Source: Armatimonadota bacterium (GTDB lineage Bacteria; Armatimonadota; Fimbriimonadia; Fimbriimonadales; GBS-DC). From it: 64,000 nucleotides of DNA. This document shows positions 9,842 to 20,792 of the stretch, piece by piece (the stretch's first letter is position 1; every line of letters begins with the position of its first letter). The notes beneath the pieces were generated by a model that saw nothing but the letters and a program-made list of their open reading frames with translations, was not told the origin of the DNA and ran no database searches. The DNA is taken from the NCBI GenBank assembly GCA_037445735.1, contig JBBIJY010000005.1, positions 1-64,000 on the forward strand, given 5' to 3'. The translations under genes and the position numbers were made by a program.

Positions 9842-11142
9842 GCTTCCCCACCACGCCACCACCCGATCATCCGATGGGCGAGCTGCATCTGCCGCTGCCA
9901 GAGGAGCAGATACTGCCCAATCGCCTGCGCCTGCTGATGATCCCCGATTCGCGGGCGCCGCGCGTGGAAATCCGGCTCATCATCCCCACCGCTGGACGCG
10001 CCTTCGACGACGAAACAATGGTTGGTCTGGCAGCGGCGACCGCACGCCTGATGACCGCAGGCACACGCCGACGCACCAGCCTCCAGATTGAAGAGGAAGC
10101 TGACCGCTGCGGTGGCGCGCTTGCCGTCAGCGCGAACAGCGAGACCGCCCTGCTGCAGGCGCACTGCCTGAGCGACCACCTGCCCGCGATGCTCGACCTG
10201 ATCGCCGATGTGCTGCTGAACCCGACCTTCCCACCCGAAGAGGTGGAGATCGATCGGGCGAACACCCTCCAGCGACTGCGCCTGCAACGCACTCAGCCCG
10301 ATTTTCTGGCGGAGGAACGCCTGCGCAAAGCCCTGTTCGGAACGCATCCCTACCATCGCATTGCGCCCGATGAAGACGCCCTCCAGCGCTGGCAGTCGGA
10401 GCATCTGCAGGCGTTCCATGCCGGGCGCTATCGCCCCGCGGGCGCAACGCTGATCGCAATAGGCGACTTCCGCATCAGGCGCTTTAGAACTCTCATAGAG
10501 AACTCTCTGGGCGAATGGCAGGGCGAGCCGCCCGATGATAAACTGCCCGCGCCGTTCGGTGAGCCTGCCGAACGGGGTGAGCAGTTTGTGCCACGCGACG
10601 GCTCCGTGCAAAGCCATTTGATGCTGGGCACGCTTGTGCCCCCGCGCAACGCGCCCGATAGCCTCCCCCTGCTGATCGGGGTGAACCTGCTGGGAGGTGG
10701 CGCCAGCTCCCGCCTGTTCCGAACCGTGCGCGAGCAGTACGGCTATGCCTACAGCGTCAGCGCCCACATCGACTTCTATCGGCGCATCGGCGCCTTCATC
10801 GCCGAGGCGCAGACTGCCACCGAAAACACACGCGACGCCCTGCGCCAGATTCAGCACGAAATCGAGCAGCTCATCGCTCAGCGCATCCCCGAATCGGAAC
10901 TGCAAGCCACCCGAAACTACATGCTCGGACGCCACATGATGGGCTGGATCACGCTGGGCGGCATCGCCGATCGCTTCGTGCAAGCCGTTGTGCATCGCCT
11001 GCCGCTGGACTACTGGCACCGCTACCCGCAGATGGTGCAGGCGGTCTCCGCGGACGCCATTCAGCACGCCTGCGCCCGCTACCTGCCGCTGGACCGCATG
11101 AGCGCGGTCATCGTCGGCGAGCCGAGCCTCACCGCGGCCTGA
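9838..11142 (+). CDS. M16 family peptidase, non-catalytic partner subunit
   Basis: M16 fold, SSRLFRTVRE..GYAYSV, no HXXEH. Confidence 0.85.
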   Translation: MSFPTTPPPDHPMGELHLPLPEEQILPNRLRLLMIPDSRAPRVEIRLIIPTAGRAFDDETMVGLAAATARLMTAGTRRRTSLQIEEEADRCGGALAVSANSETALLQAHCLSDHLPAMLDLIADVLLNPTFPPEEVEIDRANTLQRLRLQRTQPDFLAEERLRKALFGTHPYHRIAPDEDALQRWQSEHLQAFHAGRYRPAGATLIAIGDFRIRRFRTLIENSLGEWQGEPPDDKLPAPFGEPAERGEQFVPRDGSVQSHLMLGTLVPPRNAPDSLPLLIGVNLLGGGASSRLFRTVREQYGYAYSVSAHIDFYRRIGAFIAEAQTATENTRDALRQIQHEIEQLIAQRIPESELQATRNYMLGRHMMGWITLGGIADRFVQAVVHRLPLDYWHRYPQMVQAVSADAIQHACARYLPLDRMSAVIVGEPSLTAA

Positions 11143-11161
11143 GCGTCTCGCTCAAGCTCCT

Positions 11162-12520
11162 TCACAACGCTCGCACCGTCACCAGCGGGCTGATAGCGCG
11201 AGTTGACTTATCGTTGCTGAACGCCAGCACCACGATGTAATAGTTGCGCCCCGAAATGAAGGGCGGTCCCGTGTAGACCAGGCTCGTGTTCGGCGCGAAC
11301 ACCTTCGCCGCGCCCGGATTATTCAGATCCGACGGATAAAACGGCTGAACCTGATAGTCGGGGAAACGGTCATAAATCAGCACCAGATAGTAGTCGGCAC
11401 GCTCGACAGGCGTCCACGAGATAATCAGCGAGCGCCAATCGACCCTCTCGTCGGGGAGCGGCGCCGTAATCTGAATCGGCGCAAACGGTCGCGCCGCCGC
11501 CCGATTGCTGCGCCCCGACGAGGAGCCAGGCAGGTCATCCAGATAATCGGTGTTGAGCGCGACCATCTCATAGTAGTAGGTCACATTCGGCTGCAGGGCA
11601 GGGTCTAAATCGGCGAAGAAGTCGGCTAATGGGTCGCGCAGGAAGGCAATTGCGTTCGTTTGCAGCTCCGCCTGCGTGCGCCCGCGATAGATACCATAGC
11701 CCAGCAGGCTGATCTGTTGCTCAAAATCCCACGAGAGGTCGATCTCGATCCAGTAGTCGCCGTTAGCGCGGGATGGTGGACGCAGCGGGCGATTGCGAAG
11801 GCGTTCATCGAACAGCGCACGGATCGCGTTACAGGCACGCAGCTGGCGATTGTCGCGCGTGGCGGCGAGCGCCTGTGGCATCGTCCACGCCGTCGCCGTC
11901 AGATTCTGCGGCGCGTTCACCGGGCGATTGCTCGAATAGTTCAGTGTGAAACTCATGATGCTGGTCTCGCGGGCGCGAATCACCACCGTGCGGCGGTCGT
12001 TCTCATAGCCCGGCGCAGAGGCGACAATCGGGTACTCGTAGCCCGATGGCAGCCCGTCGATGCGATAGTAGCCGTTGCGGTCGGTGATGGCGAGCGCGCT
12101 GCTCAATGCGCCACCTGCGAACACGCGCGCTCGCTCGATACCCCTTCCCAGCGGGTCGCGCACGAAACCCTCCACCGAACCCTGCTGGTCCGCAGGCGCA
12201 ATCATAATATTAATATTCTTGCTCTGCTCATCAGGGAACACCTGCGCGATCTGGCGCCCGGTGTATTCCGTGCCGTTGATGCGGGCGCGCGCGATGATGG
12301 GCGTGAAGCCTTCCGGCACATTTGTCAGATAAAAGGTGCCGTTGTGGAGCGTGCGGGTGGAGCTGACGAAGTTGCCCTGCGCAATCACTTCGGCGTTCGC
12401 CACCGGGTTGCCCTCCACATCGGTGACGGTGCCTGAAATAATGCCGACCCTCTGCTGCTTGCCGCAGCCTGCCATCAACAGGCAGAGCGTCGCTGCCCAC
12501 AGCCCGATTCGCGTCATCAT
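11162..12520 (-). CDS. Lipoprotein with carboxypeptidase-regulatory-like and FN3-like domains
   Basis: Lipobox MAGC; ISGTVTDVEGNPVANAEV and second similar repeat. Confidence 0.75.
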   Translation of the reverse strand: MMTRIGLWAATLCLLMAGCGKQQRVGIISGTVTDVEGNPVANAEVIAQGNFVSSTRTLHNGTFYLTNVPEGFTPIIARARINGTEYTGRQIAQVFPDEQSKNINIMIAPADQQGSVEGFVRDPLGRGIERARVFAGGALSSALAITDRNGYYRIDGLPSGYEYPIVASAPGYENDRRTVVIRARETSIMSFTLNYSSNRPVNAPQNLTATAWTMPQALAATRDNRQLRACNAIRALFDERLRNRPLRPPSRANGDYWIEIDLSWDFEQQISLLGYGIYRGRTQAELQTNAIAFLRDPLADFFADLDPALQPNVTYYYEMVALNTDYLDDLPGSSSGRSNRAAARPFAPIQITAPLPDERVDWRSLIISWTPVERADYYLVLIYDRFPDYQVQPFYPSDLNNPGAAKVFAPNTSLVYTGPPFISGRNYYIVVLAFSNDKSTRAISPLVTVRAL

Positions 12521-12594
12521 CTCGATTCGACGGTTCTCCTTCGCCAGCGTTGCTTCGGAACCGTAGCCTGGGCCGGATGCCCAGGCTTGCCGAT

Positions 12595-13881
12595 TCAAAT
12601 AAGGGGCGTTTTGCCGGGCATCGGCACGGGGTCCACTGGCAGCGGCGCGTCGAAGCGAGCATTCATTGCCCGCTTCACCAGATTCAGTTTGGAGTTCATC
12701 GCCTGTTCCCAGCTGACCTCCTTGCCTGTGTAAGCCGACATGCGTCCCATGATGGCGGTGAGCGTGCTTTCCGCAATACGCTTCGCCTCGTTGATCGGCT
12801 CGCCCCGCCGAATGCTCTGGATCAGGTCGCGATGCTCCAGCACATAGGGGTTCGGCCAGTCGGTGCCGGGCTCCCAGCTCACCTTGCCGCGCACATAGAA
12901 GTGGGTGAACTGCTCCAGCAGCGCCTCGCCCTCTGTGCCGACCACCGTGTTGGACACCTTGAAGGTGGTGTTGTCCATCTGGCGGCACATCGCCAGCACC
13001 CGAACGCCGCCGGGATATTCGTACTCGATGGCGAAGTGGTCGTACACATCGCCGTATTCGGGCGCAGTGCGCACCTGCCGTCCGCCCATCGCCAGTGCTC
13101 TGACGGGCACACTGCCCATCACCCAGTTCATCACATCGATGTTATGCACGAACTGCTCCACAGGCTGATCGCCCGCCAGCCAAATGTAAAAGAGCCAGTT
13201 GCGCAGTTGGTATTCCAGGTCGCTCCAGTTGGGCTGGCGCGGTTTGACGCCCGGGCTGCCCGCGAGGTAATAGGCGTAGGCGGCACGAATCGTGCCGATA
13301 TGCCCCTCCCGAATGCGCTCGATGACCCCGATGTAGCCTGGATGGTGGCGGTACTGGGTGCCGGGCACGACGCCCAGCTTTTTCTGACGGGCGATTTCCG
13401 CGCCCCGCAAAATCATGCGCACGCCCTCCGGGCACACGGCGACAGGCTTCTCCATAAACACATGCCTGCCCGCTTCGACAGCCGCCAGAAAGTGGATGGG
13501 ACGGAACGCTGGCGGCGTGCAGAGCAGCACAATATCTACCCCGCTGTTGATCACATGCTGATAGGCGTCCAGCCCGATAAAGCAGCGGGTGGCGGGCACA
13601 TCGGCGCGTGCGCCAAACTCGGCTTTCAGCCCCTCGCGACAGGCGTCGAGCCGATCCTGGAACACATCGCCCAGCGCGTGGATGACCACGCCCTCGTCGG
13701 CACGCAGGCAGTCCATCGCTGCACCCGTGCCACGCCCACCACAGCCAATCAGTCCGGCTTTCAGCGTGTCGGAACCCGCCGCGTGCGCAAACAGCTCAAC
13801 AGGCAGCGCGCCGAGCGCAATGGTCGCGCCCAACCCGACCGCGCCCCGCACAAACTCGCGCCGCGAAAAAGTCACGCTCAT
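12595..13881 (-). CDS. Tat-exported Gfo/Idh/MocA oxidoreductase
   Basis: SRREFV Tat motif, GLIGCGGRG, HVFMEKP. Confidence 0.9.
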   Translation of the reverse strand: MSVTFSRREFVRGAVGLGATIALGALPVELFAHAAGSDTLKAGLIGCGGRGTGAAMDCLRADEGVVIHALGDVFQDRLDACREGLKAEFGARADVPATRCFIGLDAYQHVINSGVDIVLLCTPPAFRPIHFLAAVEAGRHVFMEKPVAVCPEGVRMILRGAEIARQKKLGVVPGTQYRHHPGYIGVIERIREGHIGTIRAAYAYYLAGSPGVKPRQPNWSDLEYQLRNWLFYIWLAGDQPVEQFVHNIDVMNWVMGSVPVRALAMGGRQVRTAPEYGDVYDHFAIEYEYPGGVRVLAMCRQMDNTTFKVSNTVVGTEGEALLEQFTHFYVRGKVSWEPGTDWPNPYVLEHRDLIQSIRRGEPINEAKRIAESTLTAIMGRMSAYTGKEVSWEQAMNSKLNLVKRAMNARFDAPLPVDPVPMPGKTPLI

Positions 13882-13985
13882 ATCTGAACTCGTTCGCTCC
13901 TTCATCACGAACATCCCTGTTCGAGCCATGCCCGCCGACTCCTGCATGGTATAATGAATTGCTGGGGCGAAAGGAGAAAATCGCC

Positions 13986-15659
13986 ATGCGCTTCTATTCG
14001 ATTCTGGCAGGCATACTGGGTGTGATGGTGTGGGCGGATGCTCAGATTCGGATGGTGCTGGTTGCGGAGCAGGAGCCGAACAGTTCTCTAACCGCGCCAC
14101 AGATCCTCAGCCCGTCGCTGAACGCCTCACGCGGCGTGGTGCTCTATCCGGCAACGATCTCGCCTGCGGGCGACCGCGACTATTACCGGTTCCATGTCGA
14201 TTCGGCAGGCATCTATTCCGTGCGCGTGGACACCAACCGCGACACGGTGCTGAACCTCTATAACGGTGCAGGCACTTTGATTGCCAGCAACGATAATGGT
14301 GGCAATCCCGACATCCCGAACGCGATGGCTTCGGGACTCAGCCTCGCGCTGGAGCCAGGCGATTATGTGGTGGAGGTGCGTTATGTTTTCTGGAGCGGCG
14401 TCTGCCGCTACGCGCTGCGCCTTTTTCCGGGTGTGCAGGCGCCGGATGCTGACCCGACCGAACCGAATAACGACACGGATCAGGGCATCTGGCTGGGCGC
14501 TTTCACAGGCGGTGAACTGTTTTCCGATGTCGGTTTCAGCACCTATGGCGGCGGCGATGTGGATGTCTATCTCTTCAAAAGCGCGATGCCCATCTCGGGG
14601 CTGCGCATTCGTACCGAGACCTATGTCGATACGGTGCTGCGGGTTACCGCGCCCGACGGCACCATTTATGACAACGATGATTCATCATGGGACACACTCA
14701 ACGGCAGCGCATCGGAGGTCTACATTCCGCTGGGCGGCGCGGGCACATATGTGGTTGAAGTGCGCACTTATGGTCGATGGGGCGGCTATTATCGGCTACA
14801 AATTCTGGCGCAACTGCCCTCGGAGATCACCCTCCAGGATGGAGGCACACTATTTCGGCTGCGCAATCTCACAGGGGGACGCGACCGAATCCCCAGCAAT
14901 GATGCCGACTGGCTGTATAGCGGCGCCGACCACCTGTTCCAGCTGGGCTGGTGGTATCGTCTGGAGGGCATCAATGGCAGAGAGTACGCACCGTCCACGC
15001 TGAACATGGTCGCGCAGGAGGAGCCAAACCGCGCGTTTCTCATCTATCAGGAGCCAGAGGGATTGTTCATGGCGTTCCACTATGAGCTGCGCGAGCGCTC
15101 AGCGGGCGGCACTATTCTGGAATGCACCCTCTATGCTTACAATCTGCGTACCGAGCGCGTCACGCTCCATCTGTTCCACTACTTCGATCCGGATATAGGC
15201 GGTTCTGCCACCAATCGGGCAGACGGGAGCGGGCAGCACATCCGGGTTCATGGCGCAGAGGGACATTATGCCTCCCTCACCCCGTTTCCCAGCCCGGCAC
15301 ACTGGGAAGTGACGCCCTATCCGCAGACCCTGCTCACCCTGACCGATTCAATGCCCTCCACGCTGATGGATGGAACCCTGCCATTTGAAGGCGATTTAAC
15401 GGGCGCGTTCCAGTGGAGTGCATCGCTCAATCAGGGTGGTCTGCTTGCTGCGCGGGTTCACTATGCGCTTGATACAGAAGCCGTGCCCCTGCAGGGCGAT
15501 GTGGACCGCAACGGCTGTGTGGATGACAGCGACCTGCTCGCCGTGCTGTTCGCCTTTGGCGAGCGCGGGCTATTCCTGCCCGAGGATGTGAACATGGATG
15601 GCGTTGTGGATGACAGCGATATGCTCGTCGTGCTTTTCCAGTTCGGTGCCGGCTGTTGA
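13986..15659 (+). CDS. Secreted PPC-like domain protein with C-terminal dockerin-like domain
   Basis: EQEPN, GDRDYY, ASNDN repeats; GDVDRNGCVDDSDLL...FGAGC tail. Confidence 0.75.
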   Translation: MRFYSILAGILGVMVWADAQIRMVLVAEQEPNSSLTAPQILSPSLNASRGVVLYPATISPAGDRDYYRFHVDSAGIYSVRVDTNRDTVLNLYNGAGTLIASNDNGGNPDIPNAMASGLSLALEPGDYVVEVRYVFWSGVCRYALRLFPGVQAPDADPTEPNNDTDQGIWLGAFTGGELFSDVGFSTYGGGDVDVYLFKSAMPISGLRIRTETYVDTVLRVTAPDGTIYDNDDSSWDTLNGSASEVYIPLGGAGTYVVEVRTYGRWGGYYRLQILAQLPSEITLQDGGTLFRLRNLTGGRDRIPSNDADWLYSGADHLFQLGWWYRLEGINGREYAPSTLNMVAQEEPNRAFLIYQEPEGLFMAFHYELRERSAGGTILECTLYAYNLRTERVTLHLFHYFDPDIGGSATNRADGSGQHIRVHGAEGHYASLTPFPSPAHWEVTPYPQTLLTLTDSMPSTLMDGTLPFEGDLTGAFQWSASLNQGGLLAARVHYALDTEAVPLQGDVDRNGCVDDSDLLAVLFAFGERGLFLPEDVNMDGVVDDSDMLVVLFQFGAGC

Positions 15660-15731
15660 CCTGCGAGTCGGTTAAATTGGGTACACTTAGAGGTGGCAGG
15701 GCGAGGGCGCCTGCCGGCAAGGGAGGCAACC

Positions 15732-16871
15732 ATGAGCGACAGGGAGATTATTCCGTACCGTCCGGGACTGGAAGGCGTAACGGCAGGTATCAGCCAGATT
15801 TCGGATGTGATTGCGGCGGAGAATCGTCTCATCTATCGCGGGTACGACATTCGCGATCTGGCAGCGCACTGCGAGTTCGAAGAGGTCGCCCATCTCATCC
15901 TGCTGGGCAAACTGCCGAACCGTCAGGAGTTGAACGATTTTAAGGCGCAGCTGGAACAGCATCGCGAGTTGCCCGCCGAAGTGTATCGGGTGCTGCGCGC
16001 GCTGCCATCGGGTGCGAACCTGATGGCAATGCTGCAGGTGGGTGTCGCCACGCTGGGGATGCTTGACCCGCAAGCCGATGTGAACACGCATGAGGCGAAC
16101 CTGCGCAAAGCGATTCGGCTGACCGCCTGCATGCCCACCCTGGTGGCGAACGGCTACCGCATCGTGCAGGGTCAGGAGCCAGTGCCGCCAAAGCCCGGCA
16201 TGCCACACGCCAGCAACTTCCTCTATATGCTCTTCGGGCGCGAGCCAGACCCGCTGCACGCGCGCGTGATGAACCTCACCTTCATCCTCTACGCCGAACA
16301 TGGCTACAACGCCTCGACCTTTACCGCGCATGTGATTGCCTCCACACTGGCGGACATGTACTCGGCGGTGGTGGGCGCGATTGGCGCCCTGCGCGGTCCT
16401 CTGCACGGCGGTGCCAACGAAGCCGCGATGGAAAGCATCCTTGAGATTGGCTCGCCCGACCGCGCCGAAAGCTGGGTGATGGACAGGCTTGCCCGAAAAG
16501 AGCGCATCATGGGATTCGGGCATCGCGAGTACAAAACGGGCGACATCCGCGCCGTCATCCTCAAAGCCTATGTGCGCCAACTCGCGGAGCAGGCGGGGCG
16601 GATGGACCTGTTCGAGATCCAGGAGACGATGGAGCGCGTGATGCTGCGCGAGAAGAACCTGCACCCGAATGTGGACTTCCCTGCCGCCGTCGTCTACTAT
16701 CTGATGGGCATTCCCATCCCGCTCTACACGCCCATCTTCGCCGCCGCGCGTATCGTCGGCTGGACCGCGCATGTGATCGAACAGCACGACGATAACCGCC
16801 TCATCCGCCCGCGCAGCGACTACACCGGTCCGCGCGACCTGCCGTTCGTGCCCATCGATCAACGGGTATAA
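15732..16871 (+). CDS. Citrate synthase / 2-methylcitrate synthase
   Basis: GLEGV, LIYRGY, AEHGYNAST, GPLHGGANE, GFGHR, PNVDF. Confidence 0.93.
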   Translation: MSDREIIPYRPGLEGVTAGISQISDVIAAENRLIYRGYDIRDLAAHCEFEEVAHLILLGKLPNRQELNDFKAQLEQHRELPAEVYRVLRALPSGANLMAMLQVGVATLGMLDPQADVNTHEANLRKAIRLTACMPTLVANGYRIVQGQEPVPPKPGMPHASNFLYMLFGREPDPLHARVMNLTFILYAEHGYNASTFTAHVIASTLADMYSAVVGAIGALRGPLHGGANEAAMESILEIGSPDRAESWVMDRLARKERIMGFGHREYKTGDIRAVILKAYVRQLAEQAGRMDLFEIQETMERVMLREKNLHPNVDFPAAVVYYLMGIPIPLYTPIFAAARIVGWTAHVIEQHDDNRLIRPRSDYTGPRDLPFVPIDQRV

Positions 16872-16872
16872 G

Positions 16873-16904
16873 TCTGAGTGCGGAAGCTGCGCTTCCGCAG
16901 TCCA
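16873..16904. repeat. REP-like palindrome, family A
   Basis: TCTGAGTGCGGAAGC-TGC-GCTTCCGCAGTCCA; near-identical inverted copy at 30607-30638. Confidence 0.7.
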
Positions 16905-16922
16905 TAGCATGGAGGAAAACCG

Positions 16923-17681
16923 ATGAGTATCAAAGTGGGTGTTCAGCTCTATTCGGTACGGGAGGATTGCCAGCGCGATCTGCCGGGCACGCTCCGAGCG
17001 ATTGCCCGAATCGGCTATGCTGGCGTCGAGTTCGCAGGCTACTACGGCTACGACGCGAAAACGCTGCGCCAGATGCTGGACGATAACGGTCTGCTCTGCT
17101 GCGGCACGCACATCGGCATTGACCAGCTGCTGGGCGACAACTTCGAGCGCACCCTCGAGTTCCATCAGACGCTCGGCTGCCCCTATCTCATCGTGCCGGG
17201 ACTGCCCGAATCGTACCGCAGCTCGCGTCAGAAGTGGGTCGAGACCGCCGAGCTGTTCAATCAAATCGCTGCGCGGCTGGAGCCTTACGGCTTCCGCACA
17301 GGCTATCACAACCACTGGATCGAGTTCGAGCCGCTGGAAGGTGAGCTGCCGTGGGACATCTTTTTCAGTCGCACCCGCCCCGATGTGATTATGCAGATCG
17401 ACACGGGCAACGCGCTGCATGGCGGTGCGGAGGCAGCACCCTTCGTGCGCAAATATCCCGGTCGCGCCATCACAGTGCATGTGAAGGAGTTCTCGCGCAC
17501 GAACCCCAGCGCGGTCATCGGCGAGGGCGAGGTGAACTGGAGCGACTTCTTTGAGGCGTGCGAGACCGTCGGCGGCACCGAGTGGTACATCGTGGAGCAG
17601 GAGACCTATGCCCATCCGCCGCTGGAGACCATCCGCCTCTGCTTTGAGGCGATGAAGCGCATGGGCAAGGTGGCAGGCTAA
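16923..17681 (+). CDS. Sugar phosphate isomerase/epimerase (xylose isomerase-like TIM barrel)
   Basis: GVQLYSVR, GYHNH, DTGN, HVKE, YIVEQE. Confidence 0.88.
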   Translation: MSIKVGVQLYSVREDCQRDLPGTLRAIARIGYAGVEFAGYYGYDAKTLRQMLDDNGLLCCGTHIGIDQLLGDNFERTLEFHQTLGCPYLIVPGLPESYRSSRQKWVETAELFNQIAARLEPYGFRTGYHNHWIEFEPLEGELPWDIFFSRTRPDVIMQIDTGNALHGGAEAAPFVRKYPGRAITVHVKEFSRTNPSAVIGEGEVNWSDFFEACETVGGTEWYIVEQETYAHPPLETIRLCFEAMKRMGKVAG

Positions 17682-17698
17682 TGGGAGGTGAAGCGAGC

Positions 17699-18988
17699 AT
17701 GCGGGCGAAGCTGGCTCTGGGACTGTGGCTTCTAACGGTAGCGTTCGCAATCGCGCAGACGCCGCTGGACGACTACTTCAAACGCTCCGAACCCGCCTAC
17801 CGCTGGGAGAAGCGCGACGAGAAGCGCGTGTCAGGCGGAACCATCTACACCCTGTTTATGATCTCGCAGACATGGCAGGGCATTGAATGGGATCACTTCG
17901 TGCAGATTTTCTATCCGGACAAGCCGCGCTTTCCGCGCTTCGCCACCCTGCTTAACACCGGTGGCACGCCCAGCGCGGGCAACGAAGCGATTGGCATGCT
18001 GGTCGCCCAGCGCAGCGGTGCGCCGTTCGTGATCCTGTACGGCATCCCGAAGCAGCCCCTCTATGGCGGTCTCTACGAGGACGCGCTGATTGTCTACACC
18101 TGGCAGAAGTTCATCGAGACGGGTGACCCGACCTGGCCGCTGCATTTCCCGATGGCGAAGGCGGTGCTGAAGTGCCTGGACACTGTGCAGGCTTTTTTGA
18201 AGCAGGCGGGCAAGCCCGCGCCGGAACGGTTTCTCATCACAGGCGCATCGAAGCGTGGCTGGACGACCTGGCTGGTGGGCGCAAGCCGCGATAAGCGCGT
18301 GGCGGGCATCGCACCGATGGTCATCGACACGCTCAACCTGCCCGCGCAGGTGCCACACCATCTGGAGTTCTATCGTGGCGTGCCCAGCGAAGAGATCAGC
18401 GACTATACGCAGGCGGGCATGCTGGAGAAGCTCAACACGCCCGAAGGACGCAAGCTGGTCGCGCTGGAAGACCCCTACAGCTATCGCGAGCGCTATACGA
18501 TGCCCAAGCTCATCATCAACGGCACCAACGACCGCTACTGGGCGCTGGACGCGCTCAATCTCTACTGGGATGGGCTACCCGAACCGAAGTGGGTGCTGTA
18601 TGTGCCTAACAGCGGGCACGGGCTGGAAGACCGCGTGCGTGTGTATAACACGATGGCGGCGTTCGTGCGCACGCTGGCGCAGGGACGCTCGCTGCCCCGG
18701 CTCAAGTGGGAGTTCCGCACCAGCGAGCAGGGGCTGGAGCTGAGCGTCCAGAGCACACCCCCCGCCAGAGAAGCCTACCTGTGGACCGCCAGCACGCGCG
18801 TCCACGACTTCCGCGATGCCCGATGGCAATCGCGCCCGATGGAGCGCACGCGCGATGGCTGGCGTGCCATCGTGCCCAAACCGAACGAGGGCTGGTCCGC
18901 TGGCTTCGCCGAGCTGGTGTTCGAAATCGACGGACAAAGCTACACGCTCTCAACCCAGCTGCAAATCATCGGTGCATCGGACAAGTAG
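17699..18988 (+). CDS. PhoPQ-activated pathogenicity-related (PqaA-like) alpha/beta hydrolase
   Basis: SQTWQGIEW, EDALI, GASKRGWTTW, PNSGH. Confidence 0.85.
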   Translation: MRAKLALGLWLLTVAFAIAQTPLDDYFKRSEPAYRWEKRDEKRVSGGTIYTLFMISQTWQGIEWDHFVQIFYPDKPRFPRFATLLNTGGTPSAGNEAIGMLVAQRSGAPFVILYGIPKQPLYGGLYEDALIVYTWQKFIETGDPTWPLHFPMAKAVLKCLDTVQAFLKQAGKPAPERFLITGASKRGWTTWLVGASRDKRVAGIAPMVIDTLNLPAQVPHHLEFYRGVPSEEISDYTQAGMLEKLNTPEGRKLVALEDPYSYRERYTMPKLIINGTNDRYWALDALNLYWDGLPEPKWVLYVPNSGHGLEDRVRVYNTMAAFVRTLAQGRSLPRLKWEFRTSEQGLELSVQSTPPAREAYLWTASTRVHDFRDARWQSRPMERTRDGWRAIVPKPNEGWSAGFAELVFEIDGQSYTLSTQLQIIGASDK

Positions 18989-18990
18989 GC

Positions 18991-19830
18991 TCATTGCACA
19001 TCGCGCCGCTGAAAAATGATAAGCCCCACAATCAGCGCGATGACGATGTAAAGCAGAACATAGGTTATATCTAACGCACGCACAGGCGGCTTAAGGAACA
19101 TCAGCACCGCTTCACTGCCGAATGGGGGCGCCTCGTCCATGCCAGGCGGCACGAGCGCGTCCACCCGTGCTTGCACCAGCCGCTTCAGCACCGCCATCGG
19201 CACCACCCACTCCGACAGATAGACCACCGTCTGCAGCAGCTTCACATCAAAAAAGGCGGCAAGCGGGCGCAGGAAATGGTCCGCAAAGTAGGCGAACGCG
19301 CCTGCTGCCACGGTGAGCATCGACGCGATCGCGGCGCTGCAGAAGCTGGAGAGCGCCATCGCCAGCGTGCCGTACAGCACAGGGTAGAGCAGCACCCACG
19401 GCAGTGCATGCCACATCTCCGCGCGCGGCTTCGTCTGCAACGCGACCGACAGCCACAGCATCGCTGTCCACACCACCACATTCGCGCTGCAGAAGAGCAT
19501 CACACCCAGCCACTTGCCCACAAACAGCTCGAAACGGTGCAGCGGGCGCGGCAGGATCGCCGCCAGATAGCCTCGCTCAATATCGCTGGTGATGGCGCCT
19601 GCACACAGCAGAATCGCCAGCACCGACGAGAAGAATTTGATGATATCGACGCCGAATAGAATCATCAGATTGACGCCCATCTCGAAGCTTTCGGGTCTGC
19701 CGCCGAACGCCTGATGGAACGCTTTCGGCAGGAAGCTCAGCCCGTAGAAGGCAACGAGCAGAATGAGCGTGCCGATGAAGGCGCGACGGCGCAACGCCTC
19801 CTGAATGGTCAGCATGGTAATCGTGAGCAT
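18991..19830 (-). CDS. ABC-2 type permease
   Basis: DIERG..ILPRP..GKWLG, terminal FQRRDV. Confidence 0.85.
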   Translation of the reverse strand: MLTITMLTIQEALRRRAFIGTLILLVAFYGLSFLPKAFHQAFGGRPESFEMGVNLMILFGVDIIKFFSSVLAILLCAGAITSDIERGYLAAILPRPLHRFELFVGKWLGVMLFCSANVVVWTAMLWLSVALQTKPRAEMWHALPWVLLYPVLYGTLAMALSSFCSAAIASMLTVAAGAFAYFADHFLRPLAAFFDVKLLQTVVYLSEWVVPMAVLKRLVQARVDALVPPGMDEAPPFGSEAVLMFLKPPVRALDITYVLLYIVIALIVGLIIFQRRDVQ

Positions 19831-19832
19831 CG

Positions 19833-20762
19833 CTACTTGCCCTCCTCCTCGATGGTCTGGATGAAGAGGTCTTCGAGCGTTTCGCGCTGTGCCTGAAAGC
19901 TCCAGAGTTCGCCGCCCGCCGCCACCACCGCGCGCGCCAGCTCGGGCACCCGCTGCTCCTGCTCCACCTCCGCCACGATGCGTCGCCCATCGAGCGGCTG
20001 CACCTTGCGGGCGACGCGCTGCAGGGCTTCCATGATGGCAGGCGTGATCTGGCTCACCTCGATGGTGACCACCGAGCGGTTGACCAGCAGTTCCTCCAGC
20101 GGACCCTGCTTCACCACACGCCCCTTGTTCAGAATCGCCACATAGTCGCAGCTCAGCTCCACTTCAGAGAGCAGGTGTGAGTTGAGAAACACGGTCTTGC
20201 CGCGCTGTTTGAGGTACTGAATGACCTCGCGCACGCGCCGTCGTCCCAGCGGGTCGAGGGCGGAGGTCGGCTCGTCCAGTATCACCAGGTCGGGGTCGTG
20301 CAGGATAGCCTGTGCCAGCCCGATGCGCTGTTGCATACCTTTGGAGAACTCGCGAATTTTGCTTTTGCGGCGTTCCGCCAGCCCCACCAGCTCCAGCACC
20401 TCGTCGATGCGCCGCTGGAGCCGACCCCGCTCCATGCGGGCTAAGCGCCCATGCAGGCGCAACAGCTCTTCGGCGGTGAGAAAGTCGTGAAACTGGAACT
20501 TTTCGGGCAAAAAGCCGAGTCGCCGCTTGGCGGCGATGGAGCCAGCAGGATAGCCCAGCACCCACGCCCTGCCCGCTGTGGGATACACATTGCCAATCAG
20601 CATCTGGATGGTGGTGGTCTTGCCCGCGCCGTTGGGTCCCAGAAAACCGAACACGCAGCCGACGGGCACCTGCAGGTCCAGATTATCCACCGCCACAATA
20701 GGGTTGCCCCCGATCAGCGGACGGAACACCTTGCGCAGCCCGCGCGTCTCGATAGCCCACAT
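19833..20762 (-). CDS. ABC transporter ATP-binding protein
   Basis: GPNGAGKTT, FSKGM, LDEPT, SH. Confidence 0.93.
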   Translation of the reverse strand: MWAIETRGLRKVFRPLIGGNPIVAVDNLDLQVPVGCVFGFLGPNGAGKTTTIQMLIGNVYPTAGRAWVLGYPAGSIAAKRRLGFLPEKFQFHDFLTAEELLRLHGRLARMERGRLQRRIDEVLELVGLAERRKSKIREFSKGMQQRIGLAQAILHDPDLVILDEPTSALDPLGRRRVREVIQYLKQRGKTVFLNSHLLSEVELSCDYVAILNKGRVVKQGPLEELLVNRSVVTIEVSQITPAIMEALQRVARKVQPLDGRRIVAEVEQEQRVPELARAVVAAGGELWSFQAQRETLEDLFIQTIEEEGK

Positions 20763-20792
20763 GGAATCGAACTATACCTTTTCTGGGGCGAG

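Noticed and set aside
15687-17750. 687-aa minus-strand ORF and similar long antisense ORFs (47525-49075, 12550-13887, 25773-27200)
   Set aside because: Antisense to well-supported genes; expected from GC3 bias
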